Assembly: GCA_030704615.1 (NCBI GenBank)
Contig: CM060732.1
Coordinates: 34,410,001 to 34,474,000, forward strand
Direction of reading: 5' to 3'
DNA: 64,000 bases
From: Takakia lepidozioides
Lineage: Eukaryota; Plantae; Bryophyta
The notes under the pieces are model-generated. The model searched no databases. It had not been told where the DNA came from and saw nothing but the letters and a program-made list of their open reading frames with translations. Below are positions 12,222 through 24,670 of this stretch, piece after piece. The translations under genes were made by a program, and so were the position numbers. How positions within the stretch are numbered: position 1 is the first letter of the stretch; the number at the start of each line of letters is the position of its first letter.

Positions 12222-13362
12222 GCGATGATCGGTGGCGATTATCGCTTTACAGAATATGTAGTTGGTGTCGTATTTCAGCAGATTCAGGAAGGCAAGCAGG
12301 CAGGAGAGAATTTCTATCAAGGCGAAAGTGATGACCGGTGCCGACCATCACCTTCGCCATTGCTTTATTTAAGCAAAGAATGTGATTTTCATTGTGATGC
12401 AAGAGTGACATGGAACTAAAGACGCATCTTGCAATGACGTCGAAGCGATGATCGTCATCGCTTTAAGGTCCATTCCCTTCTTGTTCAGATCTGTTTAGAA
12501 ATGGTGTGGTCGTTCAGGAAAGTGATGGTCGGTGCCGACCATCACATTCAGCTCCCATTGTTTGTGCATCCTTTGGCACTTACATAGTGATGGTCGGTAC
12601 CGATCATCACTTTCGGTAATGACTGCATGTTATCCCAAAATCCAAACTCGCACTGGAAGCCTTTGTAGAATGAAATACTTTAGGTGGAAAAATGTCCATT
12701 CCACTTCAGATCTGGAAAAGCGATGGTCGGTGGCGACCATTGCCTCCAAGTCCATTTCTTTGCTCTAAATCTCATACAATGAAATGCAAAATTTTGCTGT
12801 GAAGTGATGATCGGTGCCGACCATCACATTCAGACCTCATAGGTTGTGCTTCCCAAGGCAGTCTGATTGTGATGATCGGTACTGATCATCACTGTTTGAA
12901 CGGTTTGGCAATACACCAGAATCCCAAAAAGGAGACCAAGTTCAGTGGGTGAAAGAAGGGATTCTGACTAAGAGTGATGATCGGTGCCGACCATCACACT
13001 CAGACCTCATGGGTTGTGCTTCCTAAGGCACTCTGATTGTGATGATCGGTACCGATCATCACTTTTTGAACAGATTGGCAATGCACCAGAATCCAAAAGA
13101 GGAGATCAAGTTCAATGAGTGAAAGAAGGAATTCTGACTAATAGTGATGATCGGTGCCGACCATCACATTCAGACCTCGTGGGTGTTTGCATCCCAATAC
13201 TGTCTTGTGGTGATGTTCGGTACCGACCATCGCTTGCATCATCCTGATGGTCGGCACCGATCATCGCAGTCTAGTAGGAACTGAGTCAAAGTGCATTGGG
13301 AACCAACTAGAATTTCCATTCATTTGTTAGCAGACAAAGTGATGGTCAGTACCGATCGTCAC
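12222..13362. repeat. Array of 14 copies of a 24-bp palindrome GTGATGRTCGGYRCCGAYCATCAC within one intron
   Basis: Copies start at 12222, 12328, ~12445 (centre deleted), 12522, 12587, 12720, 12804, 12869, 12974, 13039 (perfect GTGATGATCGGTACCGATCATCAC), 13144, 13210, 13244 and 13339. Confidence 0.95.
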
Positions 13363-15281
13363 TGTGTTAAAATGTCTGTTTCCAGAACACCAGTTGAATG
13401 TTGCTGTTGTGGGTTTTGGGTATGCAGAAAAATGTAAAGTCTAAGCAGGCAGAAACAGATGCAAAGGCTCTGGAGAAGGGGACAACTCCACGAAGAGTTC
13501 TGAGAACAGCGAAGACACCGACGAGCCTGAATTGCAATACCTTGACAAGGTGAAAGAACTGATGTCATATCAAAAGGTAAATTCCCAGGAGGTTATTAGG
13601 GACATGATCGTCTCTGGAGGACGTCTTGAAATCCCTCTCTGCCGGATGATCTCCATGCATGTTGTTCGTCCTCCACTTTCGCATGACATTACCAAGTTGG
13701 AGACAGATTTCGTGCACGGGTATAGAATGGGTGCACAAGTTTTTTACGTCTCACTAAAGGATACTAATGGTCACATCACAAAAGTGAGCCCAGAGATTAC
13801 GGACAATTGGGATGATTGCTGGAAGGATGTGAATGACGAGTTCGAGGACTCTCTGCTGCTTGGACATAACACCCATCAGTTCTGCAACCACATGTTCTAT
13901 GTCTGAGACGGGAACCATCGCTTGCTAGCTTGGATGGGGTACATTGCGAAACACCATTCAAAAGACAAGGACAAGCATTGTGCTGTGGAGACAATGGTTC
14001 TGGATCTTGGGAACAACATCGCCAGACTTCTGACAGCTATGCATGACGTGCACAAGTAGGACTTCCTCAAAAACCCATTGTCTTTCAAATTGCATGTTGT
14101 GCGCATTTCAAGTCCAAACGTTAAATATTTCTTACTTATGCAATGTGTATTCCTTGTTTGCAGATCGACAGAGAAATCGCATGTTACTACAAGCTCGGTC
14201 CACACACTATTCCGCATTCAGAGAATTGGTTTGATGAAGTTTGATGAGTTCTGCACAATGTTACATCTTGATGTCATCAAGAAGTACTGCGAAACAGGAA
14301 GAGCTGTAGGCACCTGGTACTCGTTGACCCGAGATGCATTTTTGGAGTACATGTATGCGGTATGGCCCAACCCACTTCTTCTTATGTTATTCAATACAAA
14401 TTCACAATTGTATGTCTGGTAATCCAATCGTTGTTACTTGCAGCAAGAACTGGCAGAGGCCGCCGAGAGGGGGAAATCTGAGTACTACTGCACTACAGCA
14501 GAAGAGCTGAGGACTGCTAAAGGTGTTGGAGCAGCCATAAAGGAGTACGAGATAAAGAGGACGAAGCTGATGTCGGCCTTCCTGAAGCAATTGAGAATAG
14601 TGGATCCCGGACTTGGGGAGGAGTTCCTTCTCCAAATCAAATCCCACTACGACAAGCATGTACATCCAGAGATGCAATAGGAGAAATTGCACAGGCTGGC
14701 TCTCTCAATGGTTGACCCCCAGACAAAAGTTGGCTTGAGATTTGGAACTCAGATCAGACGGTGAATGATCTGAATCAGTTCCCAAAAAGCACAATCCAGC
14801 CTGGCACCAAGGTCGAGGGAATAAGTGACATTGTTTTTTATCAGTGGCTTCACAAGGGCACATTTTGGAGTCAGGTATTTGTGGATTCAAGTACCTGTTG
14901 TATATGAAATATCCTATAGCTTTGTCATGCGCAATTCTGATACATGTTCCCATTGCAGCTGGAGAAACGTGCCATTCTTGTCCTGGAGCAGAATTTGAAG
15001 GACTTGAATATTTCGATGGTCTCACCACCACAGATGACTTTGGAGGCGTACGTTAGAAAGTGGAAAGGTCTTACGTGGCGGTACTGTTTCTTCCGCGAGT
15101 TCTCCAAGGATGGCAACATATTGAGGTCGAACGATTTCGACAGTCAAGTTGGAGGGGAGTGGGCGATGGTGCGTGTTGTGTACAGGTGCAGTGCCTTAAG
15201 CCTATCCATCACATTCTTTAAACTTTTGTCATGCCTCATTGAGAAAAGCTTAGTATTTCTTTTCTACTACTCAGCAGTTTG

Positions 15282-16443
15282 GTGATGGTCGGTACTGATC
15301 ATCACATCCACTGCTATGATATTCTCCAGTCAAACAGTTGTCACTGCAGATCATGTCCATGTTTCCATCCTTAATCCTGCCTCTGTTATCATAGGCAGTC
15401 TATTTCTGATGAATGAAGTGATGGTCGGTGCCGACCATCACATTTCCCAATTGTGCAGTCTACATAATCATAAGGATTTGCCAACCCTTGTTGCATTCTC
15501 TCTCATGTGAAAGTGATGATTGCCACCGATCATCACTTTCTTCTGCTTTTTGATATCTTGTTTTGGGGGATGGTGTTTGTTTGAGCCTCCGCAGCTACAC
15601 TAAATATGTGCTGATGGAAGGAAAACACCTGAGTAGAATCCCAGATTACCTGGACATGTGGTCCGACCCTGCCAACGATCCCACCATCTACACAGCTGGT
15701 ATCTTGAGGGACTGGAGTCCTGCCCACTTCAGGGACTGTGGATGGTACCTCGACTGCCCTCTAGAGCACACGACATTTCAAGAGCAGCATATGAAGTATA
15801 TGAACAACCATGCGGAGATGCTGGCACTTTTGAACGACGAAGAGTACCAGAGGAACATTGCTTCATTGGCCGCCAAGGAGCCAGACGCGCAGGCAACTCC
15901 ACAGAAAGGCAGGAAGGCGGGTTGCAAGATGAAAGATCCAAAGGCTCCGGAGGTAGTAGCCAAGTCACCTGGGACCCTCATTTTTGTTTGACTTGAAATT
16001 CTACCTGTATGCTGCAGGTGAGCACTGGTCCCTCATTCGTATGCAGTGTTAAAAAAACATGGTCATCCTTGACATCCCAGACGGCCAGCCTGTCCCCGAC
16101 GTTCTTCCAAAGGGAAAGTCTCCATCCTGGAACAGATTTGATGAGAACTACTGGAGTTGGGTATTCGGATTCTGCAATAATTTCCTTTCAGATGCAGGAA
16201 CGCTTTTGCTCTTCCAGTCATGTGACAAGGATAGTCGTAGGGGACTGGCATCATACCTAAAGTCGTCTGGGTTCGAAATTCTGAGGACATGAAATTGTGT
16301 GAACATCCTGTAGCTTCTGAAAGGTGGTCGCCCTGGACAGCTGTTATGGCACCGCCCTACTCTGAACTGTTTCCCAATGTCTTTTCAGTTGTTTCTGCTG
16401 GCTTGCTCTACCACCATATGTGATGATCGGCACCGATCATCAC
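15282..16443. repeat. Four further copies of the same 24-bp palindrome in downstream introns
   Basis: Copies at 15282-15305, 15418-15441, 15513-15536 and 16420-16443. Confidence 0.9.
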
Positions 16444-17179
16444 ATTCCATTGTAGTTTTCATTTGCAGTCCATGTTCTGTTCTTTCCTGCGCCAGAATTT
16501 CTTTCAAAGTTCCAAGACTGTTTTCGACAGTCCCCTTTCCACTTTTGTGCTTCCTATCTATGCCGAAGCAATGACACTTCAAATGGCCGAGGCTCTATCC
16601 CCTGACTTCTTATTGCCCGATCGCAGGAGTACCCATCGTAGATCCGGAGTTCTTAAATTCTTGGACTTGGATGTAAAGGACGCGGGGATACATTGTACTG
16701 ACTCTGAGTCAGACTGAACTTCGCATTTTTTATGTTCTATTTATATCATATTTGGAACTCATTGAATTCCCTTGCCTCATTGCATTTGTTCCGGCAGAAA
16801 AGAAAATGAATCAAACAATCTACTCGGATTCAAATGTCAATCTTCATGAATCCATCCCCTAAACCCCTCACACTCATGTCATATCCATTGTGCATTCATC
16901 TATTGTGTATTCATGCATCCTCCATTCAAGAATGTTTTCCACCATTCAACATCCATCCCACATTCATCCATTCGCTTGCATTGTTCCCACACATCCATAT
17001 ATTTTTCATCCACTCTATATTCATCCATCCTGCATTCAACTGTTGCTTTCAGGTGGGGATTTTGACGTCCTTTTATTATTTCGTCCAACTTGTTTCCTCG
17101 GTTGAGGGTGCTCTTCCGCGGAAATACACTCTGCTTCTTACTTGGCGTGCGTTGACGTGGCGTTCGTTCAAGGAGACGT

Positions 17180-17224
17180 GGCGTGAGCCTGGTGGCGCCG
17201 CGCTCACGCCACCAGGCTCACGCC
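17180..17224. repeat. Perfect 18-bp GC-rich inverted repeat (hairpin, 9-nt loop)
   Basis: GGCGTGAGCCTGGTGGCG (17180-17197) is the exact reverse complement of CGCCACCAGGCTCACGCC (17207-17224). Confidence 0.95.
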
Positions 17225-17240
17225 GAGGCATCCCTGGGCA

Positions 17241-20167
17241 CTAGCCCTATGGCTTCTGGATTTTGAGAAGGCCTTTGATAAGGTGGATTGGACCTTCCTC
17301 TTGGAAATCCTTCGCAAAGTGGGGCTTCCTCCTGGGTTCTGCAGCTGGGTTCACATCCTCCTTAACCAATCCTCGAGCAGGGTAGTGATAAATGGGTGTC
17401 TCTCCAAGCCCTTCGACCTTCACCAAAGCGTCAGACAGGGATGCCCCTTGGCCCCCTTCCTGTTCCTCTTTGTAACAGACGCCCTGGGATACCTTCTAGA
17501 TAGGAACATAGCAGTCCACGGCCTGAACATCCACAACCCATCAGCTCAACTTAGCCTACAGGTTAAAGATTCCATGTTCATTGACGATACCTTCCTCCTG
17601 CTAGACGCCACGCCACCCACATTGGAGGCAGCCCAACAAACACTCCAACATTTCTGCCAGGTCTCCAGCTTCAGGGTCAACTTGACTAAAACCAAGGCCC
17701 TGTTTGTGGGCGACACCTCCAAATCAGCCATAGGGATCATCCCAACTTGGGGGAATAATATTGGGTTGGTATGGTTAAAGATAGGGGAACCCACGACCCT
17801 TTTGGGCCATGCCTTCGGCATCGGCCTTTCAGACAAGCAAAGAATGGGCCCCATCTTGGCCAGTTACAAGAGACAACTAGCATATTGGGGCTCCCGCTTC
17901 CTCTCCGTCACTGGTAGAGCTCTAATTGCAAATCAGATTCTGCAAGCAGGGATATGGTATTTTGCGGCAATCTGGGGACCGGACTCGGACTTCCTGACTG
18001 AGATCAAAAGATGTTCTAGGAACTTTATCTGGGGGGTTCAATCGAGCACCCAAAACAAAAGACCACAAGTTTCCTGGAAGCAGCTAACATTACCAAAGAA
18101 AAAAGGAGGTTTGGGGGTCCTTGACCCAGAAACTCAGATACAGGCACTACTTGGGAAGTGGCTGCCAAAGTTCCTGGGTCCAGAGGGGGGCTGATGGAAA
18201 CTGCTTGTCGGCCAATACATATCCCTAAGCTCCCCTCTTTCTGCCACAGTTTGGCACCCTTCCATGGATTGCGTAGGGATTCAGGCACAAGGCTATAGGT
18301 TCCCCCCTTTGGGTATCTATTTGGTCGGTATGGAACAAATTCGGACCCTTTCTAGTAAAGTCCAACCCTGCCACCTATTTTTGAGGTCATGAGGCAACAT
18401 CTCTTCCTCAACTCTGCCTCCCCTACTCAATCAGACAAAATCCAAGCTAAAAAGTGGGCAGCATGGGAAACTAGAGGAGTCTCGCAGATAAGGCATCTCT
18501 GGTCCAGATCCTCCGAATCTCTCACTGCTACCCTGGGGGCCAACAGATTCAGATCTGGAATCCAATCCATCATTCAAACCATTCCTGACTCTTGGAAACT
18601 CATACGTCAGGCAGGAAGAAGTTTGCATAGCCCCAAACTTGGGTTACGGCTTTGGGCAAGCCCTACTCGATCATGTATGTGATGGAGGCTCGCCACGACA
18701 TCCTTACTGGCTACACCTTTACGGCGGATGGCTTCTCGGGATTTCTCAGTCTCTTCTCCCAAACTACCCAGACAATCAGCAATATGGATGCTTCGCAGGC
18801 AAGGGTTTGTCACTGGTCCTCTAAATCAAAAGAAATCAACCCCTCTGTCCTGGAGAATGTGCCCCCTCTTCCCTGGCTGTCATCAGCCTCCTTCGCTTGG
18901 ATCGGAGGCGTGCCCCTTCAAGAACTCCAGTTAGACCCTGGTGAATGGAAGTGGAATTTTGGAACCACTCCTTCCAACTTCTTCTCCTACAGTGCTAAAA
19001 AAGCATACAGAGCCTTACTCAATGCAACACCATTGTATGCTAAGTGGAATGCGAAGTGGAACCATCAGAACTTTCAGGACAAAAATTGGGAATGTATCTG
19101 GAAACTCATATGGGACAAGTCCAAACCTGCTAAGGTGAGTGCTTTCCTATGGCAAGTGGCCAACAGGGTGCTCAAAGTCGGGCATTATCTAAACTTTCCG
19201 GAAGCCCTACTTTGTCAATGTTGCCAATCAGGATGCATTGAGACCTTGGAACACTGCCTAATTCATTGTCAGGCACCAACTCTTATCTGGCCCCTGCTCG
19301 AATCTCTCTACAGAGTATGGGACCCTCTTCCATTGAACTAGGTGGTGCTTCTGCTAAACTATGACATGACTGCAAAGTCTACAGCCCTCAAGTGCCCAGT
19401 TTTTGAAACATTGAGGGGTGCTACTCTCTGGCACATCTGGAAGGCTAGATGCTCATGGTCTTTAAACAGCGCCAACTCAACTGCCACAACCACTCTAACT
19501 AAGATTTTCTTCGATCTTACCATAGCAGCTAAATTGGCTCGGGCAAAGGTGTGTGCAGGAATCGCCAAGGCCCCAGAACGCCAGCTTGTCCTTATCAGCA
19601 AATTTCAAGCCACCTGGGGAAGAGGCGGCATCATATGCAATTGTGCAGGCCCTGACTCCTGTGAATGGCCAAACGATATCCCGCACCAATGGCAACGGCA
19701 CAGATCCCTCCTCTTCCGCTTCCCTGAGTTCGAAAAATCCGACGTGAACTGGAAGCATATCAAGCCTTCTACCAGGACAAACCTATTTTACACATAGAAG
19801 CTCGGCCCAAGGTCTCTTCATGAATTCAGTTGTTTCCTGTGTCAAGTCTCACTAGTTCCTCATTCCTTAGCCCCTCTTCGATCAGATTTCATTGATTGCT
19901 CTAGGGATCGGTTTCTTCAGGGCCTCAATACCTTGGTACTTGGTTCGTCCTCTGGACATGGAACATACGTTCTCCAAACACGTTCATAGTGTGTCATTAG
20001 CTGTCGGTATTGCAGCTGGTCATGGTTTGTCGGATCATCCGTCATGGAATGCCGTGTGTTCAAGCCTTATGGCAGCCTACGGGCATCAAGGGTTTTAATT
20101 TTTTTCCCTTCAATAATTTTAATAAATTAAACCAGGGCATGTTCCCTGTTCTCCAAAAAAAAAAAAA
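17241..20167 (+). mobile_element. 5'-truncated L1-clade LINE (RT, zf-RVT, poly-A), degenerate
   Basis: RT motifs LLDFEKAFDKVDW, SVRQGCPLAPFLF and SMFIDDT; LPKKKGGLG; zinc finger CQCC...ETLEHCLIHC. AATAAA at 20121 and an A-run at 20155-20167. In-frame stops and frameshifts are present. Confidence 0.92.
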
Positions 20168-20169
20168 CA

Positions 20170-20232
20170 ATTTTTATTTTTTCAATACCCGGACCCGGCT
20201 GGTATTAGAAAAAGTAATACCCGCCCAACACT
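20170..20232. mobile_element. hAT-like terminal remnant
   Basis: Ends in CCCGCCCAACACTG, the reverse complement of a CAGTGTT-type hAT TIR, and has internal AATACC/GGTATT inverted motifs. No partner TIR or TSD was found. Confidence 0.35.
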
Positions 20233-20737
20233 GCACGGATGGCTGGATGATCGTCACAGTTGGCTCGCATCCACTCTTCATCCACGGAGCCCTTCACTTT
20301 TGCAGCTCAGCTCTCCCGGGAGAGAGAGCGCAGGCAAGTTAGATGCGATGCCCCCAGCCGTGTCGAGTCCATGCGGAGAGCGGGTGGAAGGCCTCACATT
20401 ATGCAGCAGCAGGTTGGCGGCCCAAGATGTGGGCCTGAATTCGGCATCCTTCTCGGCAATGCCGGGCCCAACACCCAGATCCTTGGAATTTTTGCTTACA
20501 GCAATTGCCTTGCCTACTGCGGAAAAGAAAACAGGCATGTTCGAGAAATTCTCCCGTTAATTTTGGGTCTCCAAATTGTGTGCATTCCAGGAATCCAGGC
20601 TCCGAATTCTCGTTGACCCATTCCCGCTGGAACTATACCCGTTTTCTTCATGGATTTTACAGTTTGATCATGAGGTGGTTGTAGAGGGATCTGAGTGCGC
20701 GAAGCCCTTGTCTTCCTCCACAAATCGTTGAATTTTC

Positions 20738-21800
20738 TACCTCTGTCAGGGGCTGACGCTGGTAGTACGACTGACGTTGGAACAGACAATTGGTACGAGT
20801 TTTCTAGATATCCTCTAGAAACCCTTCACACAAGCATCAATCTGCTGTGTTTGATTTGCCCAATAACTAGGCCCCAAGAGGGCCTGGGCTTTTGGCTCAG
20901 CCTCGAGATTTTCAAATGTTGGTAAACAGAGGTACAGGCACAAATCCCTTGATGGATTTGAAGAGTGCTTCTCTCTGGTGAGGGTACCCAGGACAAATGA
21001 ATCAGAATATGAATATTGTCTTCTGGTTGCCCACACAAAGGGCATTTGCAATCCCCCTTTCCTCTCTGCATCTGTTTGCTGTTCAAAGGTAGGCTTTCCG
21101 CCCTGAGTTTAAATTTCAGTCTAGTGAGGATAGTGGGTAAACCCTGGAGGTCATCCATGATGGCCTCCCCCATGTCACAGACTGGAAACAAGTTCAGGGA
21201 AGTTTTCTGCCTAACTTCACTTTCATCAGACAACCTCCTGGCAACAGTCATGGCTTTGGACCCTACAGCCTCTAAGTCAGATTTATCCAGCAGGGCCAAG
21301 ACTTGCAGACTTAGATTCAGGTCCTTGAGAATCTCTTCTACCCTCTTCCGCCACGACTTGGCCTGTTTGACAGGGCGATCCTGCTTCCAAGAGACAGAGT
21401 TGATTAACTTAGGGTACCTGATTGTAGTCATACTTTGCAGCTGACCCCACCATCTGACCTTGAATTCATCTCATCAGGAGCCTGAGGGAGGGATGCCGAG
21501 CTCACCCAGAACAGCCACATTAGCTGTTTTGGAGCGTGCTGACATGCACTCCTTAAGCACCCCCACTTGAATGGATTCTAGAGACTTAGCCTTGTTGGAG
21601 TTGTCAACCCACACTGCAGATGCGTACTCTAAGGCAGGCCTAATAACTCGGTTTTTTCCCTTCACAGTTGATCCCTCTGCAGTGGAAAAATTTAGTGAAA
21701 CCTTGCCAGATTGAACAACTTTTCGAATAAGTGCATCCCAACTACAGTTGGAGGAATCAACGCCAAGGTATGTGCAGGAAGGGAGGACAGGAATCTCTTG
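20738..21800 (-). mobile_element. Diverged partial tandem copy of the adjacent RTE/RTEX-like LINE (3' part of the ORF)
   Basis: Clearly homologous to 21900-22990 (e.g. RYPKLINSVSWKQDRPVKQAKSW, CPLCGQ), with frameshifts and an internal deletion. Confidence 0.9.
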
Positions 21801-21815
21801 TGTGTGTGTGAGAGA

Positions 21816-24670
21816 TTGTACTCATAAGATGTTGTTTGCCGTAGCCTTGTGGCCATTGACCCCGCGCCCAGTTTGAGCGGGAACAGAAGGGACAGAACCT
21901 ACCTCTGTCAGGGGCTGACGTTGGTAGTAAGACTTACCTCCATATAAAGAATTAATCCGGGTTTTCCAGATATCCTCTAGAAATCCCTTCACACAAGCAT
22001 CAATCTGCTGTGTGTGATTTGCCCAAAAACTAGGCCTCAGGAGGGCCTGGGCTTTTGGCTCAGCCTCGAGACTTTCAAAGTTGGTAAACAGGGGTACAGG
22101 CACAATTCCCTTAATAGATTTGAAGAGAGCGTCTCTTTGGTGAGAGAACCCTGGACAGTGTATCAGAAAATGAATACTGTCTTCAGATTGCCCACACAAC
22201 GGGCAATTGCACTCTCCCTTTCCTCTCTGCTTCTGTTTGCTGTTCAAAGGTAGGCTTCCTGCCCTGAGTTTAAATTTCAGTCTAGTGCCGAGAGTGGGTA
22301 GACCCTTGAGGTCATCCAAGATGTCCTCCCCCACGTCACAGACTGGAAACAAGTTCAGGGAAGTTTTCTGCCTAACTTCATTTTCATCAGACAATCTCAT
22401 GGCAACAGACATGGCTGAGGACACTACAGCCTCTAAGTCAGATTTATCCAGCAGGGTCAAGACTTGCGGATCCAGGTCCAGGTCCTTGAGGATCTCTTCT
22501 ACTCTCTTCTGCCAGGACTTAGCCTGTTTGACAGGGCGGTCCTGTTTCCAAGATATAGAGTCGATTAACTTAGGATATCTGGTGTTGGGCATATGTTGCA
22601 GCTGACCCCACCATCTGACCTTGAATTCATCTCGTCGGGAGCTTAAGGATGGAATGCCAAACTCACCCCGAACAGCCACATTGGCTGTTTTGGAGCATGC
22701 TGACATACACTCCTTAAGCACCCCCACTTGAATGGATTCTAGAGACTTAGCCTGGTTGGAGTTATCAACCCATATTGCAGATCCGTACTCCAAGGCAGGT
22801 CTAATAACGCGACAAAGCATGGTTTTCTTGACCTCAGAGTTGACCCCTCTGCAGTGGAAAAATTTAGTGAGCCCCAGAGCTTTGCCCTTGCCAGTTTGAA
22901 CAACTTTCCGGATATGTGCATCCCAATTACAATTGGAGGAGAACTCAACGCCCAGGTAAGTGTAGGAAGGGAGGACCGGGATCTCTTGGCTACCCCACTG
23001 CCACTTAAGATCACTTCCTCCCTCTCCTCTGTCGTTGAATGCTACCACTGCACATTTGCTGACATTAGCCTCTAGCCCCCAAAGATCAAAGTATCTCTTC
23101 GCGCAATCAATCAACTCCTGGAGATTGGTTGGAGTCTCCCCTATGCCTGCGAAGTCATCCGCAAACATAAGGGCTGGTATGGTGGTATCACCCACCCTTA
23201 ACCCAAATCCCTCACTTTCCACATCCTCGAGGAGTTGATTGATGAAAACATTGAAGAGCAGAGGGGAGAGAGTACATCCTTGAGCTACACCTTGGTCTAT
23301 GTCAAAGAAGTTGGACTTCTGTCCGTTAACAGTGACACAGCTTTTGGTGTGAGCATACAAGTTGTGGACAACTCTCCACATCTTTCCCTTGATCCCACAA
23401 GACCAGAGGCGGAACCATAGGCCATCTCTCCACACTGTGTCATAAGCCTTTTTGACATCCAGGAAAAAGACATAAGTGGGTTTCCCTTCTTTTTTCCTTC
23501 CCTGGATAATCTGGCTTAGAGTGAAGATATGATCCACACAGCCCCTGTTTCGCCGAAAGCCAGCTTGGCCTTCGTGGAAACAACCTCTAGACTCCAGATC
23601 AACCTCGAGACGAGTACTTATAACTCTGCAGAATGTCTTGCCAACAGCATTGAGGAGCGTGATGCCACGGTAGTTCCCCGGTTCTTCTCTGTCACCCTTC
23701 TTGTATAGATTGACAATGACCCCCTGTCGCCAGCGAAAGGGGATCATTTCAGTCTTCCAGATAAGGTTAAAGAGGAGAACTAGGGCCTCTATCATGGGAT
23801 CGCCACCGTGCTTGATAAGCTCGTTGACAATACCATCAGGTCCACCAGCTTTATATCCATTTAAATGTTCAATTGCTTCCACAATCTCAGAAGAACTAAT
23901 GGGAGCATTATAAGCCATTGAAATATACTCCAGTTCATCAGGGCTGTTTTGAATCATAGGAACAGTTTTTTCCAACTGTGTCCCTCCATTCAGCAGAAGA
24001 CCCCTCACTGTTAGACCTAGAAGTTCTGCCAAGGATACTGTAGTGAGTTTCAAAGGTTTTGACAATGTCAACCGATGAAGTCACCACTGCACCTTTAGTA
24101 GTCTTCAGCGCTTGTACTTGCTGACCGTTTTTCGGTTTGTACAAACGTTGAAGGGCCAACCAGAATTTCTTGTCATTACCACCATGGTGGTTTGAGTTTA
24201 TTTCACTGTATAACTTGTCCCAGTATAATTTCTTCTGAGACCTAACAAGCTGATTGATATCTTTACGGAGCTGGTAGTACCTCGCCCACAATTCTCTGTT
24301 GGTTTCCAAATTGCAGCACTCTTTATAGAGGGCTCGTCTCTCAGCTATCTTGAGTTTAATCTCATTAGTCCACCAATTAACTGCTCTACCGCAGACAATT
24401 AGTTTCCTCCCAATGATCTTGTCAGCCACGGAGGAAACGAAACTCTCCCAAGAGTCCACTGCTCTTTCGACTTCATTTCTTGCGTTAACAGAGCGTGACT
24501 GAAGTTCTTGGAGCGATTGGACAAAATGAGGGAGAGCCTCTTGCAAGGCCTGGACGTACTCAGCCTTGACCTCCTCATTGTGGAATTTTTCTATGCGCCA
24601 CTTCCGAATCGAACATTTCACAGATCTCTTGGTGGTGGGAAAACACCTTTTGATCTCAGTCCAAACCAGG
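21816..24670 (-). mobile_element. RTE/RTEX-like non-LTR retrotransposon, 5'-truncated (no endonuclease), one frameshift near 24000
   Basis: ORFs 21822-24071 and 23938-~24670. RT motifs KAGGPDGI, NYRGITLL, FLDVKKAYDTV, QGVAQGCTLSPLLF and LMFADDF. C-terminal CPLC...HFLIHC. Bounded by (TG)n(AG)n at ~21799-21815 and (AG)n at ~24675-24696. Confidence 0.93.

Larger units (their letters stand above)
11743..16717 (+). pseudogene. Decayed multi-exon gene encoding a ParB/Sulfiredoxin-like domain and an N4C/N6A DNA-methyltransferase-like segment
   Basis: Approximate exons: 11743-11988, ~12083-12163, 13428-14055, 14164-14359, 14444-~14760, 14959-15168, 15595-~16340 and 16496-16717, mostly with GT-AG borders. 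MFYV*DGNHRLLAW lies at 13892-13933, with TGA probably from TGG. VILDIPDG...WN...VFGF...LSDAGTLLLF lies at ~16062-16215. Several stops and frameshifts interrupt it. Confidence 0.65.

Noticed and set aside
12222-13362. Palindrome array as a CRISPR array
   Set aside because: The context is a eukaryotic intron, there are no cas genes, and the spacers are irregular in length and homologous to each other rather than unique.
10311-13906. In-frame stops (TAA for CAA, TGA for TGG) as RNA-editing or recoding sites
   Set aside because: These are nuclear genes with spliceosomal introns. The changes are ordinary transitions, and in the ParB-like gene they accompany frameshifts.
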